From Thermodesulfovibrio sp. (GTDB lineage: Bacteria > Nitrospirota > Thermodesulfovibrionia > Thermodesulfovibrionales > JdFR-85): a stretch of 35,625 nt of DNA. Within the stretch, counting starts at the first letter, position 1, and every line of letters begins with the position of its first letter. Of the stretch, positions 25,195 through 33,330 are shown in pieces. The stretch covers positions 2,375 through 37,999 of the forward strand of contig JALUAR010000215.1 of the NCBI GenBank assembly GCA_027050975.1. The letters are read 5' to 3'. The translations under genes were made by a program, and so were the position numbers. Below the pieces are notes generated by a model. The model was not told the origin of the DNA. It saw only the letters and a list, made by a program, of their open reading frames with translations, and searched no databases.

Positions 25195-28114
25195 GGAAGG
25201 ACAAAAATTGAGAATTTCAGTATCTATGATAACGTTAAATGAGAGAGAGAACATTGAGAGAGCACTCTGCTCCTGCAGCTTTGCCGATGAGATTGTGGTA
25301 GTTGACGGAGGCAGTACAGACGGCACACTTGATATACTCCGCAAGCATGATAAGGTTGTATTGATTCAGAATCCATGGAATGGACATTTCGGGCAGCAGA
25401 GACAGATCTCTCTGGAGCACTGCAGTGGTGACTGGGTGATCAGGCTTGATGCCGACGAGGCATTCAGTGAGGAGTTTGAAAAAGGTATAAGAGAGCTTCT
25501 TGAAAGGACCCCTCCCGAGGTTGTGGGATATCATATCAGACAGTGTAATCTTGTTGGCAATGAAAAATTCTACTCAAAGGGACTTGACTACTTTGAGGTC
25601 TTTCCAAGAATCTGGCGTAACAGGCAGGGCATCAGATGGGAAGGGCATATTCACGAAAAACCAGTAGGCATAGATGGAGAAACAAGACATTGGGATGTCT
25701 ATGTGGTACATTACGGCTTTTTAAATAAGCAGCGTTATGCAGGAAAGGGACAGTTCTATTCCACTATTCCGGATTCCGGTTACAGCAAACCCGAAGAGTT
25801 ACTCTTCAGGGAGTATGACATCCAGCCCCGTCCTCCAAGATCAAAGGTCTCTTCCAATGTTCCGGCCTTTCCATTACCCAGTAATAATTTACAACCGAAG
25901 ATAGCAATTCTCAGAGGTCGGGGTTTCCATATAAATGAAATCAAAGCATACGAACCTCTGCTTGAAGAGTTCGCTGTAGAGGTCTATACTAAAAGCAATT
26001 CTGCTATCCCTCATGACCACTCTCTGATTCCCGTAGTCAGACTGCCCGACAGAAGCATAGACCCGCCGTATCAGCCATCTGATCCGGAATATATGATCGG
26101 TCTCGAGTTTGCTCTGTTTGATTGCGATCTGATTTACCTGGATAGTATGACCAGCATCTACACTCTTCAGGCCATCGAGCTCAAGAAGAAGTTTTCTAAA
26201 CCGATTATCTGCCTGCAGAAAGAGGTGCCTGATGTTTCAGATCATACAAGGGCTTACATAAAGGGACAGGCTGTATGCTGGATAGATTTCTTTATAGTCC
26301 CATCCTCACAAGTAGCAAGAGCATTGAGACATCTGGGTATTGCAGAGGAAAAGCTGACAGTGATCCCCTATTTTAAGGATACACGTGGAATGCCTCCAGA
26401 AAGAATATCAAGAAGACTGTCACAGATTTTCAGAAACATTATAAATGCCTCAGCAAAAAACGATATCGCAATTGTTTATGAGACTTCACATGATTCCAGT
26501 TCCCCTCAACATGAGCAGACCTTCTCCTCTCTTGTTGAGGCATTTAAACAAGATCCTGACAATAAAGATGTGGTGCTGAGACTTACAAAACGTCTTAAGG
26601 AGACGAATCGATTCGATGAGGCAAAAGGATATTTAGAGTCTTATCTTACTTATCATCCTCTTGATTTGGATGCCCTGGCGGAGTATGCAGACCTCTGCCT
26701 GTCTCTGAAACAGTACCCTGAGGCTCGGGAGACTATTTCGAAGCTCGAACTGTTCGGCTTTAACGAGGAAGTATTGAAAATCCTCTTGCAAAGACTCTCC
26801 GAAGCAGAGAAAAACTGCAGTAGTGATTCATCACAAACAGTAGATACTGCTTGTTCCGTAAAGCTTCATATTGGTTGTGGCTCTGACTATAAGGAGGGAT
26901 ATATCAATATTGATGGATATGATGCCTCAGTGGCTGATGTTGTTGCCATGGCCCACGAACTGCCTTTTCCAGACGGATATGCTGATCTTATAGAATCACA
27001 TCATCTGATCGAACATCTTTCTTTTGAGGAGTTCAGAGACACCGTAAAGGAATGGTATAGAGTGCTAAAACCGGGAGGCATGCTTGTAGCCGAATGTCCT
27101 GACCTTATTGAAAACATGAAAATATTCCTTAACAGTGACTATAAGAAAAGGTGGCTCTGGTATCGAAACGAGCTACCATTCGGAAGAGTGGCTGCCTTTT
27201 ACGGAAACCAGTTTCATCCGGGACAGTTTCATAAGAATGGGTTTGACAGAGAAAGGCTATCAGGTCTACTTGATGAGCTGGGATTTGTCAGGATCAGTAC
27301 CAGGAGTATAGAAGGGACACCGGAACCTAATGAAAACTTCATTGTAGAGGCATTCAAGCCTCAGGAGGATGAGGAAGGCTTCAGTCTTATACTGCCAACT
27401 TATTCTGCTGCAAAGGAACTGGATCTCTGTCTGAGAAGTCTGAAAAAAAACAGTCGTCTCAAGCATGAACTCATCATCCTTGTAGACAGAGATCGTGAAA
27501 GCGGAGGTTTCAGCCAAAGCATAATCGAGGTTTTGACCAGACACAGGCTTTCCTTTAACATATCCTTCTTCATTAACGATAAAAACTACGGGCCTTATGC
27601 AAGCTGGAATCGCGGAGCAGCAATGGCATCAAGGAAGGTTCTGTGCTTCATTACTGATGACCAGTATTTTGCACCCGACTGGGATATTAATCTGAAAAGA
27701 CATATAGAGGATGACAGAATTCTGACCTCTCAGCTCGTTGAGCCAGGGATAATAGGTGTATGGAAGGACAATATTGAATACAACTGTGGTGTTAATCCTG
27801 ACGAGTTTGATGAAGAGGCATTTCTGCAGTTTGTTGCAAATATGGGAAGGTCGGAGATTGTTGAAGGTGGCTTCTTTATACCTCTTGTAATGTTCAGAGA
27901 GACCTTTCAAAAGATTGGCGGCTTTACAACAGATGACAGTTTCGGAAGGTTTGATAGTTCCGGCAGGCACATGGCGTATCCCCATGACGTACTTTTCATA
28001 AAGAGGGCTGAGGAGATGGGCATCAGACTTTATCAGGTAAAAAACAGCTTTTCCTATCACTTCCAGGGAAGCAGCTGGAGAGCAAAGGAGAGAAAAGGGG
28101 TGTTAAGGAGATGA
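25187..28114 (+). CDS. 975-aa megaenzyme: GT2, GT-B-like segment, TPR, Methyltransf_11 and a second GT2
   Basis: ISVSMITLNERENIERAL.S..FADEIVVVDGGSTDGT with RLDADE is the first GT2. DPDNKDV.LRL.K.L.E..RFDEAK.YLE..L..HP.D is TPR-like. LHIGCGSDYKEGYINIDG...LKPGGMLV.ECPD is a methyltransferase. FSLILPTYSAAKELDLCL.SL is the second GT2. Confidence 0.7.
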   Translation: MHKEGQKLRISVSMITLNERENIERALCSCSFADEIVVVDGGSTDGTLDILRKHDKVVLIQNPWNGHFGQQRQISLEHCSGDWVIRLDADEAFSEEFEKGIRELLERTPPEVVGYHIRQCNLVGNEKFYSKGLDYFEVFPRIWRNRQGIRWEGHIHEKPVGIDGETRHWDVYVVHYGFLNKQRYAGKGQFYSTIPDSGYSKPEELLFREYDIQPRPPRSKVSSNVPAFPLPSNNLQPKIAILRGRGFHINEIKAYEPLLEEFAVEVYTKSNSAIPHDHSLIPVVRLPDRSIDPPYQPSDPEYMIGLEFALFDCDLIYLDSMTSIYTLQAIELKKKFSKPIICLQKEVPDVSDHTRAYIKGQAVCWIDFFIVPSSQVARALRHLGIAEEKLTVIPYFKDTRGMPPERISRRLSQIFRNIINASAKNDIAIVYETSHDSSSPQHEQTFSSLVEAFKQDPDNKDVVLRLTKRLKETNRFDEAKGYLESYLTYHPLDLDALAEYADLCLSLKQYPEARETISKLELFGFNEEVLKILLQRLSEAEKNCSSDSSQTVDTACSVKLHIGCGSDYKEGYINIDGYDASVADVVAMAHELPFPDGYADLIESHHLIEHLSFEEFRDTVKEWYRVLKPGGMLVAECPDLIENMKIFLNSDYKKRWLWYRNELPFGRVAAFYGNQFHPGQFHKNGFDRERLSGLLDELGFVRISTRSIEGTPEPNENFIVEAFKPQEDEEGFSLILPTYSAAKELDLCLRSLKKNSRLKHELIILVDRDRESGGFSQSIIEVLTRHRLSFNISFFINDKNYGPYASWNRGAAMASRKVLCFITDDQYFAPDWDINLKRHIEDDRILTSQLVEPGIIGVWKDNIEYNCGVNPDEFDEEAFLQFVANMGRSEIVEGGFFIPLVMFRETFQKIGGFTTDDSFGRFDSSGRHMAYPHDVLFIKRAEEMGIRLYQVKNSFSYHFQGSSWRAKERKGVLRR

Positions 28115-30981
28115 GCAGCGGTTACAATATTTTGACATTCAATTGGCATGAAGGCTATCTTTATACTCTTTCAAGGATAGGACATCATTTTGATATTGTG
28201 CCACGTCTAAAGGGCGGATACAGCGACTGGATGTACCAGTTTCGTCCTCTTCCGGCAAACGCCTCTCTTGTTACGGAAGATATGGCCAGAGCCAACCTCA
28301 AGGCTGATAAATATGATTGTGTAATCTGCCACAATTTATTAGACATTTTTGATGTCTCATCATTTAATGTGCCCAAGATTCTGATTTTTCATACAAAACC
28401 GTCTGCTCTCTTTACTCCTGAAGGTTTACCTGTAAACAAATCTTTATTTATATCCGATTTAAAGAAACTTACCTGTTCCAGTGATAGACTGTTGATTGTT
28501 TTTGTTTCCGAAGCCAAAAAACAGGCATGGGGCATAGATGGTACCGTCATCCCTATTGGCATAGACATAAACGATTACAAAACATATAGAGGTGATCTCG
28601 AGAGTGTCTTAAGAGTAGGTCATTTCTTAAAAGCCAAGGACACGCATTACTTTGACCTAAAAAAAATCGAGTTTCTGCTTAAAGACATTCCTGTTAGTAC
28701 TCTTGGAATAAATCCTGATATTTCGGAAGCAACCCTTTCCAGAGACTGGGATGATCTGAAAGAACATTATGCCGCTCATCGTCTTTACTTTAACACCCTT
28801 TACGAAGAGCTTGATGATGGATACAATATCTCGATGGTAGAGGCAATGGCAACGGGAATGCCTATTGTCTCAGTTGAAAACAGTACATCTCCGATCAAGG
28901 ATAGTGTTAATGGCTTCATTTCTAATGATATGGGATATCTGAGGAAGCGAATTAATGAATTACTGAATAATCCGTCTCTGGCCAGAGAGATCGGAGCTGT
29001 TGCACGTGAGACTGCTTCAAGGATGTTTAAATTAGATGATTTTATTGACAGATGGCACAGGGCTATTGAGACGGTAACGGTTAAAAGACCGGGAAGCAAA
29101 TTGCTTGGTTCAGGTCTTGCAGAGAAGAATTCAATGTCGGTTTCTACTCCTGACAATAACACCTCCGCAGCCAGCGCTGTTAATGTATCAATCTCCAGGA
29201 ACTCAACTTTTGATAATAATATAAAAATTCTCCGTGAAAAACAACCTGATCTGGCAGAGATCTTGAGCAGGACAGTCCCTTCTTCAGAATACAAAAAAAA
29301 AAAAAAAAAAAACGGTGAAAAAACTCTCAGGATAAACAATACAACTCTACATAGCCTTTATGATCCATCAGGAGAGGCTGAACTCTGGCTAACATCATAT
29401 CAAAACATCACCCCAAATACATCTGTTTTGGTTGTTTTAGGCTTCGGGCTTGCCTATCACATTGAAAAGCTCTGTGGTGCCACTGATAAAGAGATTATCG
29501 TCATGGAGCCGGATTTGAAAACCCTGAGGATAGCCCTTTCCGTGAGAGACCTGCAACATGTTCTTAAAAGGATTAGCATCATTACTGATTATTCTCTCCC
29601 TTTCATAAAACAGAGATTTACAACCCTGGAGTTTTTACCTTCGGTAAAACTGCATCCTCAGTATTTCGAATTTGTTAAGTCAAGGCTACAGCTAAACAGA
29701 AGGATGCAGAGAGGACTGAAAATCATGGTGGTAGGGCCTATTTATGGCGGTTCGCTTCCTATTGCTCAATTCTGTGTAGAGGCATTAGGTAACTTAGGAC
29801 ATAAAGTGGATTATGTAGACAATAGCATATACAAGGATGCCTATCTTTCGATCACTAAAATTACATCCAACCGAAGAGTACAGGATCTGCTCCGTGCCAG
29901 TTTCATTAATTTCGCCTCCGAGGCTGTACTGGCACGTTGCGAGGAATTTCAACCTGATATTCTCTTTGCCCTTGCACAGGCTCCGATTAACGAAACTACT
30001 CTATTAAAACTGAAATCTACCGGTGTTCCCACTGCTTTCTGGTTTGTAGAGGATTACAAATTGATGACATATTGGGAGCAGATAGCCCATCTTTACGATT
30101 ACTTTTTTACAATCCAGAAAGGAGAGTTCTTTAGCGCATTGAAAGCCAGAGGAATAAAAAACGTTCATTATCTGCCACTGGCTTCATCTCCTTCTGTACA
30201 CAAGCCTTTAAATCTCTCGGAGGAGGAAAGAAACCTGTATGGCAGTGACATCTCCTTTGTAGGCGCAGGTTATTACAACCGTCGCTGCCTCTTCGAAGGT
30301 CTGCTTGACTTTGACTTCAAAATATGGGGAAACGAATGGGATATGAGTTCCTCTCTTGGGAAATTTATACAACTTGAAGGCAGACGAGTGGATACCGAAG
30401 AGATCGTAAAGATATTTAATGCATCTAAAATCAACATTAACTTACACTCTTCACCATATCATAAAGGTGTAAATCCGGATGGCGATTTTGTAAATCCGAG
30501 AACATTTGAGATAGCTGCTTGCGGTGGTTTTCAGCTGGTGGATCAACGGTCACTGCTTCCGGAGTTATTTGAGATCGACAAAGAGATTATCTGCTTTACC
30601 GGCCTTGAGGATCTAAGAGCAAAAATAAGGTTCTATCTTTCACGCCCGGAAGAGCGACAGGAGATCGCTCAAAGGGCTCGAGAACGGGTCTTGAAGGAGC
30701 ATACGTACGAACTGCGTATGCAGGAAATGCTCTCTTTTATATACGAAAATGGCATAGAGCTACCAGCCTGGAGCACTTCGAGACAGTCAATAGACACTAT
30801 GATTGAAGAGGCCGGGGAAGACACGGAGTTGAGGGCTTATCTTAGCCAGTTTTATGACAAAGGAAGCATAGATCTTGATGACATTATTGAAAATATACAG
30901 AGCGGAGAGGGGTCTCTCTCCAGAGTTGAAAAGATTTTTCTCTTAATGAATCAGATGAAAGATGTTTATCTCCAGAAGTGA
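28111..30981 (+). CDS. 956-aa fusion: N-terminal GT4 glycosyltransferase, Ser/Thr/Asn-rich linker, Lys6, Maf-N-terminal-like module and CgeB-like glycosyltransferase domain
   Basis: GYNISMVEAMATGMPIVSVENS..PIKDSVNGFI is GT4. LHSLYDPSGEAELWL....VLVVLGFGLAYHIEKL....EIIVMEP is paralogous to the N-terminus of 23503..25194. RTFEIAACGGFQLVD.....ELFE.DKEIICF..LEDLR.KIRFYLS.PEERQEIA.RARERVLKEHTY is CgeB-like. Confidence 0.7.
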   Translation: MSSGYNILTFNWHEGYLYTLSRIGHHFDIVPRLKGGYSDWMYQFRPLPANASLVTEDMARANLKADKYDCVICHNLLDIFDVSSFNVPKILIFHTKPSALFTPEGLPVNKSLFISDLKKLTCSSDRLLIVFVSEAKKQAWGIDGTVIPIGIDINDYKTYRGDLESVLRVGHFLKAKDTHYFDLKKIEFLLKDIPVSTLGINPDISEATLSRDWDDLKEHYAAHRLYFNTLYEELDDGYNISMVEAMATGMPIVSVENSTSPIKDSVNGFISNDMGYLRKRINELLNNPSLAREIGAVARETASRMFKLDDFIDRWHRAIETVTVKRPGSKLLGSGLAEKNSMSVSTPDNNTSAASAVNVSISRNSTFDNNIKILREKQPDLAEILSRTVPSSEYKKKKKKNGEKTLRINNTTLHSLYDPSGEAELWLTSYQNITPNTSVLVVLGFGLAYHIEKLCGATDKEIIVMEPDLKTLRIALSVRDLQHVLKRISIITDYSLPFIKQRFTTLEFLPSVKLHPQYFEFVKSRLQLNRRMQRGLKIMVVGPIYGGSLPIAQFCVEALGNLGHKVDYVDNSIYKDAYLSITKITSNRRVQDLLRASFINFASEAVLARCEEFQPDILFALAQAPINETTLLKLKSTGVPTAFWFVEDYKLMTYWEQIAHLYDYFFTIQKGEFFSALKARGIKNVHYLPLASSPSVHKPLNLSEEERNLYGSDISFVGAGYYNRRCLFEGLLDFDFKIWGNEWDMSSSLGKFIQLEGRRVDTEEIVKIFNASKININLHSSPYHKGVNPDGDFVNPRTFEIAACGGFQLVDQRSLLPELFEIDKEIICFTGLEDLRAKIRFYLSRPEERQEIAQRARERVLKEHTYELRMQEMLSFIYENGIELPAWSTSRQSIDTMIEEAGEDTELRAYLSQFYDKGSIDLDDIIENIQSGEGSLSRVEKIFLLMNQMKDVYLQK
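29293..29312 (+). repeat. 20-nt homopolymeric A tract inside the 28111..30981 CDS (encodes KKKKKK-N)
   Basis: Counted directly: tac followed by 20 consecutive A residues, then cggtgaaaaaactctcaggataa. It is the longest homopolymer I found in the window. Confidence 0.95.
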
Positions 30982-30991
30982 GGCTTCGAAC

Positions 30992-32707
30992 ATGAAAGAG
31001 GTCCTTATAATAAATCTAACAAGGATGGGTGATCTTATCCAGACCACCCCGGTAATACAGGGACTCAAGGAAAAGTACCGGGATCTAAGAATTACCCTGC
31101 TTGCAAGCTCCTCATTTGCTTCTATTTGTAAGCACCTGCCATTAATTGACCGGGTTATTATCTTTGACATTAAGAAGGTAATCGATCTTGTGACAGGTGG
31201 TCGTATTATCGAAGGATACAGATACGTCGAGGAAATTCTTGACACTATAAACGATACTCGGTATGACCTTGCCGTTAACTTCACGCATTCCGCAGATAGT
31301 GCGGTACTTACGTCGTTGATAAACACAAAAGAGGTGCGCGGAATAAGTATGGATGCCGAGGGATATAGTGTTAAGAGACATCCCTGGATCAGATACTTCT
31401 TTAATGTAATACCCAGCAGAGAATTTAATCCTTTCCATCTCTGTGATATGCATCTGAAGGTATGTGAGGTATCTCCTGTAAAAAAAGGTCTGCATTTGAA
31501 TGTGCCTGATGAGGCGATGCATTGGATTAATGAGTTGCTTGTAAGAAAAAGATATAACTCTAACGGTCCTGTAATAGCACTTCAGTTAGGAGCCAGTGCA
31601 GAAGATAAAAGATGGCCTGTAGCCTCTTTTGCTGCCCTTGCAGATCTTCTGCAAAAAGAGCTTGGAGCTACAATAATTCTCACAGGTGCTCGGAATGAAA
31701 CAGAGTATGGTGTTGAATTTGAGCGCCTCTCAAGGGCAGAAATAATCAATCTAATTGGAAAGACCGATCTTTCCCAGCTGTCAGCCACATTAAAAGGTTG
31801 CGACCTTTTGATTAGCAACGATACAGGCCCTCTGCATATCGGCACTGCCGTGGGCACTACGGTAGTAAACATATCTCTGGCTTCAGTTCATTTCAGGGAA
31901 ACCGGTCCTTACGGAGAGGGTCATTATGTGATCGTTCCCGAAATTGCCTGTTATCCATGTAACTTCAGGTCTGACTGCAAAACCACCTTATGCAAGAAAA
32001 CGATATCGCCTGAAACGGTTCTTAAGCTGGTAAAGCTTATCTTTTCAAAAAATGAAATAGATAGCTTAGCACAGGCCCCTGAATGGGAGCAGGTACAGAT
32101 ATTTAAGTCCTTCTTTGACAGCAACGGGCTGATAGAGTACATGCCTCTCATAAAAAACAGACCGATTCATAAAGCCACCCTTTTTACCCATATTTATCGT
32201 GAAACGTGGTTGAAAATACTAGACAACAACAGGTCGATTGATTATGAGAACCTGTATCTGAAGGTCTTAAACAAACTAACCACATGGTATGATATACAAA
32301 CATTACGCAAAATATTGTCTGAAATCGAAGAGACAGAAGCACTGGAAAGGCTTGAAAAGTTTGCAGACAGTCTGCTCTCGATTCTTGATGTTATCACCAG
32401 GGAAATTCGGAAGCCCGATCACAATATTGAGCTTATAAAAACATTATGGAAGAGTGTACCACCCATTGACGAGGAATTAGAAAAGTTAGGCTGTCTTTAC
32501 CCCTCTATCAAACCGATAATTATTTTGTATAAATACGAAAAAGAATCCCTTGAAGGAAGCAGTGAGGTTGAGATATTAACTGACGCAAAGAGAATGTATC
32601 GGAACATTAAAGAGCACGCTGCTGTTTTGAGACAGATACTTTTAAAGCTTCGGGCCTGGTCTGCCATCGAAGGCAAAAAACCCTTGACTCAACAGGCTAT
32701 CTTATAG
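30992..32707 (+). CDS. glycosyltransferase family 9 (heptosyltransferase-like) with a C-terminal extension of about 230 aa of unknown function
   Basis: VLIINLTRMGDLIQTTPVIQGLKE.Y....ITLLA, then LQLGAS...KRWP...FA.LADLL, LIGKTDL.QL.A.LK.CDLLISNDTGPLHI..AVGT are GT9 motifs. The ATG at 30992 avoids overlap with the upstream gene, unlike the track start at 30962. Confidence 0.8.
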   Translation: MKEVLIINLTRMGDLIQTTPVIQGLKEKYRDLRITLLASSSFASICKHLPLIDRVIIFDIKKVIDLVTGGRIIEGYRYVEEILDTINDTRYDLAVNFTHSADSAVLTSLINTKEVRGISMDAEGYSVKRHPWIRYFFNVIPSREFNPFHLCDMHLKVCEVSPVKKGLHLNVPDEAMHWINELLVRKRYNSNGPVIALQLGASAEDKRWPVASFAALADLLQKELGATIILTGARNETEYGVEFERLSRAEIINLIGKTDLSQLSATLKGCDLLISNDTGPLHIGTAVGTTVVNISLASVHFRETGPYGEGHYVIVPEIACYPCNFRSDCKTTLCKKTISPETVLKLVKLIFSKNEIDSLAQAPEWEQVQIFKSFFDSNGLIEYMPLIKNRPIHKATLFTHIYRETWLKILDNNRSIDYENLYLKVLNKLTTWYDIQTLRKILSEIEETEALERLEKFADSLLSILDVITREIRKPDHNIELIKTLWKSVPPIDEELEKLGCLYPSIKPIIILYKYEKESLEGSSEVEILTDAKRMYRNIKEHAAVLRQILLKLRAWSAIEGKKPLTQQAIL

Positions 32708-32745
32708 TAATGTAGTCATAATTATATCTAATAGCAGGAATTTTT

Positions 32746-33174
32746 ATGGAGAACAATAAAGACAAACAGATTGCTCTTTTAGAGGCGTTAAAAAAAGGGA
32801 TTACAGAGGTTGGAGACCTCATTAGCATCGCATCGGAGGGGCTGGTTCAGTGTGCAACACTTTTAAGAGTTGATCAGTCAGAAAAGGTGTTTTCAAACCT
32901 CTCTGAAGGACTTAAAAGCCTGAATGCCATTATTGATTTTATAGTACAGGTTGAAAAAGGAATTGACCAGCTAAACACCCAGGGATATAATATTTCAAAG
33001 GACTCTCTTGCATGCTGGGGAAAATCAATTCCTGTTTTTGAGGAGATGCTCTCTGCTTTCGAATCAAAGGACTGGGTTACAGTATGCGATCTTATACAGT
33101 ATGAGATTGATCCCCTTTTGAAGGAAGGAGAGCAAGGACTCAAGTCACTTCTTGAAATCCTCAATACATATTAA
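32746..33174 (+). CDS. hypothetical acidic, predicted all-helical 142-aa protein
   Basis: A clean ORF with no competing frame. I recognised no family motif. It is the last gene of the island, immediately upstream of the second sigma28 promoter. Confidence 0.5.
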   Translation: MENNKDKQIALLEALKKGITEVGDLISIASEGLVQCATLLRVDQSEKVFSNLSEGLKSLNAIIDFIVQVEKGIDQLNTQGYNISKDSLACWGKSIPVFEEMLSAFESKDWVTVCDLIQYEIDPLLKEGEQGLKSLLEILNTY

Positions 33175-33219
33175 TTACATATTTAATAATCAACTCCTCT
33201 ATCCCTCATGAACCGAAAT

Positions 33220-33246
33220 TAAAGTTTTCAGAAAAATGTCCGATAT
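33220..33246 (+). promoter_or_regulatory. second sigma28 (FliA) promoter: TAAAGTTT-N11-TCCGATAT, upstream of the flgM-like gene
   Basis: taaagttt is at 33220..33227 and tccgatat at 33239..33246. It shares ATTAAAGTTTT and AAATGTCCGATATA with the fliC promoter at 5427..5453. Confidence 0.75.
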
Positions 33247-33330
33247 AAGTATTAGGAGTTATGTCTTTATAGCAAAAGACTCCTTTTATAACAATAAAAT
33301 AATGTTAACAGAGAAAGGACAGGTGAGAAC

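Noticed and set aside
27446-27453. Other short homopolymers as slippage sites: A8 at 27446..27453, A8 at 18589..18596 and A8 near 28659..28666.
   Set aside because: Runs of 8 in an AT-rich genome are unremarkable and far less mutable than the 20-nt tract. I see no domain-junction logic for them.
9025-33330. The island as a mobile genomic island, meaning integrase, transposase, flanking direct repeats or a tRNA attachment site.
   Set aside because: None of these were seen. The only repeated flanking sequence is the pair of sigma28 promoters, which are functional elements in direct orientation and not att-like repeats. A compositional (GC) shift looks possible by eye, but I could not compute it.
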